Shown: positions 62,230-64,000 of the stretch, in pieces
Layout of the letters: each line of letters begins with the position of its first letter
Numbering within the stretch: position 1 is the first letter of the stretch
Source: Felis catus
Lineage: Eukaryota
NCBI RefSeq assembly: GCF_018350175.1
Contig: NC_058368.1
Location: forward strand, 57,042,001-57,106,000
DNA length: 64,000 nucleotides
Reading direction: 5' to 3'
Translations under genes and position numbers: made by a program
The notes under the pieces: model-generated
Told to the model about the DNA's origin: nothing
Databases searched by the model: none
Seen by the model: the letters and a program-made list of their open reading frames with translations, nothing else

Positions 62230-63897
62230 ACAAGAGAGCAACACAATTCAATGGCAAAAGGATCGGGCATCTTTTCAATAAATGGTGCTGGAACAACTAG
62301 ACACCCACATGCCTAAAGAGATGAGTCTAGAATAGACCTTATACTTTTCATGAAAATCAACTCAAAACGTATCACAGACATAAACTGAAAACACTATTAT
62401 AAAACTCCTATAATATAACATAGGAGAAAATCAGGGTGACCTTGGGTTTGTCAATGACTTTGTGAATATAATACCAAAAGCACAATCCATGAAAGAAAAA
62501 AGAATGATAAATTGGAACTTCATTAAAATTAAAAACTTCTAATCTGTAAAATATACCATTAAGATAATGAAAGGGCAACCACGTACTAAGAGAAAATATT
62601 TGCAAAACACCTATTGGATAAAAGACTGGTTTCCAGAAATATAAAGAAACCTTAAAAGTAAATAAGAAAATATGGGGCACCTGGGTGACTCAGTCAGTTA
62701 AGCGTCTGACTTCGGCTCAGGTCATGATCTCACAGTTCATGAGCTCTAGCCCCGCATCAGGCTCTGTGCTGACAGTTCAGAGTCTGGAGCTGGCTTCAGA
62801 TTCTGTGTCTGCCTCTCTCTCTGCCCTTCCCCTGCTCACACTCTGTCTCTCTCTCAAAAATAAGAAACACTAAAAAATTTTTTTTTAAAAATAAGAAAAT
62901 AAATGATCCAACAAAAACTGGGAAAAATATCTGAACAGACTACTCCTCAAGGAAAATATATAGATGGCAAATAAGCACATGAAAAGATACTAAATATCAT
63001 ATATCCCTAGGGAATAGCATATTAAGACAACAATGAGATATCACCATGTACCTACTAGAGAGGCTAAAATTCAAAACAAGAATAATACCAAATGCTGGCA
63101 ATGATAGGAGGTGACAGGAATGCTCATTCATTTCTGGTGAGTGTAAAATGGTACAACTATTAGAAAACAATTTTGGCAGATTTTTACAGATCTAAATATA
63201 CTCTTATTATGTAATATGACAATTGTAACCTTTAGTATTTACCCAAATGAGGTGAAATATTATGTCCACATAAAACCTGCCCATGGAGGTTTTATTCATC
63301 ATTGCCAAAACTTGGAAGCAACTAAGATATTTTTCATTAGGTGACTAGATAAGTAAACTGTGGTACATCTATACAATGGAGTATGACTCAGCACTAGAAA
63401 CACAAATTGCTATCAAGCCACAAAAAGACATGAGGGATCTTAAATGCATATCGCTAAGGGAAAGATGCCAAATATGAAATATCTACATACCGTAGGATTC
63501 TAACTACATGACATTCTGGAAAAGACAAAACTATGGACACATTAAAAAAAAAAAAAAATCAGTGTTTGCCAAAGGTTGGAGGGAAAGGCAGGGATGAATA
63601 GGTGGAACACAGTAGTGTTTGGAACAGTGAAACTATTCTGTATAACGTTTTAATGGTGAATAAATGTCCTGATACACTTGTCAAAACCAACAGAATGTTC
63701 AGCACAGAATAAACCCTCATGGTAAATAAGGATTTGAGTTAATGATCAATATTGGCCCATCAATCTTCAAATGTACCTCAGTAATGTATGATGTTAATAA
63801 CAGTGGAAACTAGAGGAAAGGTGGGTGGTATATATGGTCAATCTCCACTTTCTGCTCAATTTTTCTGTAAACGTTAAACTACTCAAAAAATAAAGTC
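62230..63897 (+). mobile_element. Old L1 (L1MB/L1MC-type) ORF2 3' end and 3' UTR
   Basis: cttttcaataaatggtgctggaacaact, cattaaaattaaaaacttct, atggcaaataagcacatgaaaagat; ends actcaaaaaataaagtct. Confidence 0.88.
62674..62888 (+). mobile_element. CanSINE inserted in the old L1
   Basis: TSD aaataagaaaata at 62660-62672 and 62889-62901. Confidence 0.96.
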
Positions 63898-64000
63898 TTT
63901 TGAAAAATATTCTTTGTATCGATTTTACCACACTGCTTGTGCTTTCATAAATGAATTTCTTAGATTCCAGACACATTTGTACTTGGATAAAATCAAGATT

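Noticed and set aside
4270..62873. Recurrent short ORFs of the type MAQSVKRPTSAQV...SLSQK
   Set aside because: Translations of CanSINE bodies, mostly with GTG starts; not genes

Overview
AT-rich mammalian genomic DNA, almost certainly from a cat-family carnivore, judging by feliform tRNA-derived CanSINEs (SINEC_Fc-type) and a young carnivore L1. No intact, recognisable protein-coding exon, RNA gene or CRISPR array was found. The window holds: (i) a full-length ~5.9-kb young LINE-1 (54323-60232, +) with a 16-bp TSD and four inactivating lesions, inserted into a MER44/Tigger7 DNA transposon; (ii) a complete NUTF2 (NTF2) processed pseudogene with poly(A) and TSD (3189-4030); (iii) 24 CanSINEs, including two same-site double insertions and an inverted triplet; (iv) a 5'-inverted (twin-primed) L1 fragment; (v) old L2, L1M, MaLR, ERVL, MER21, MER34-like and MER5A relics; (vi) a perfect 180-bp tandem duplication and an older ~170-bp dispersed duplication. 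Retroposons are strongly biased to the + strand, hinting that the window lies inside a minus-strand transcription unit, and a speculative in-frame chain of minus-strand exons lies at 12.0-5.9 kb. I see no convincing new biological system. Repeat subfamily names are recalled from memory of consensus sequences, not from a database search, and old-repeat boundaries are approximate.
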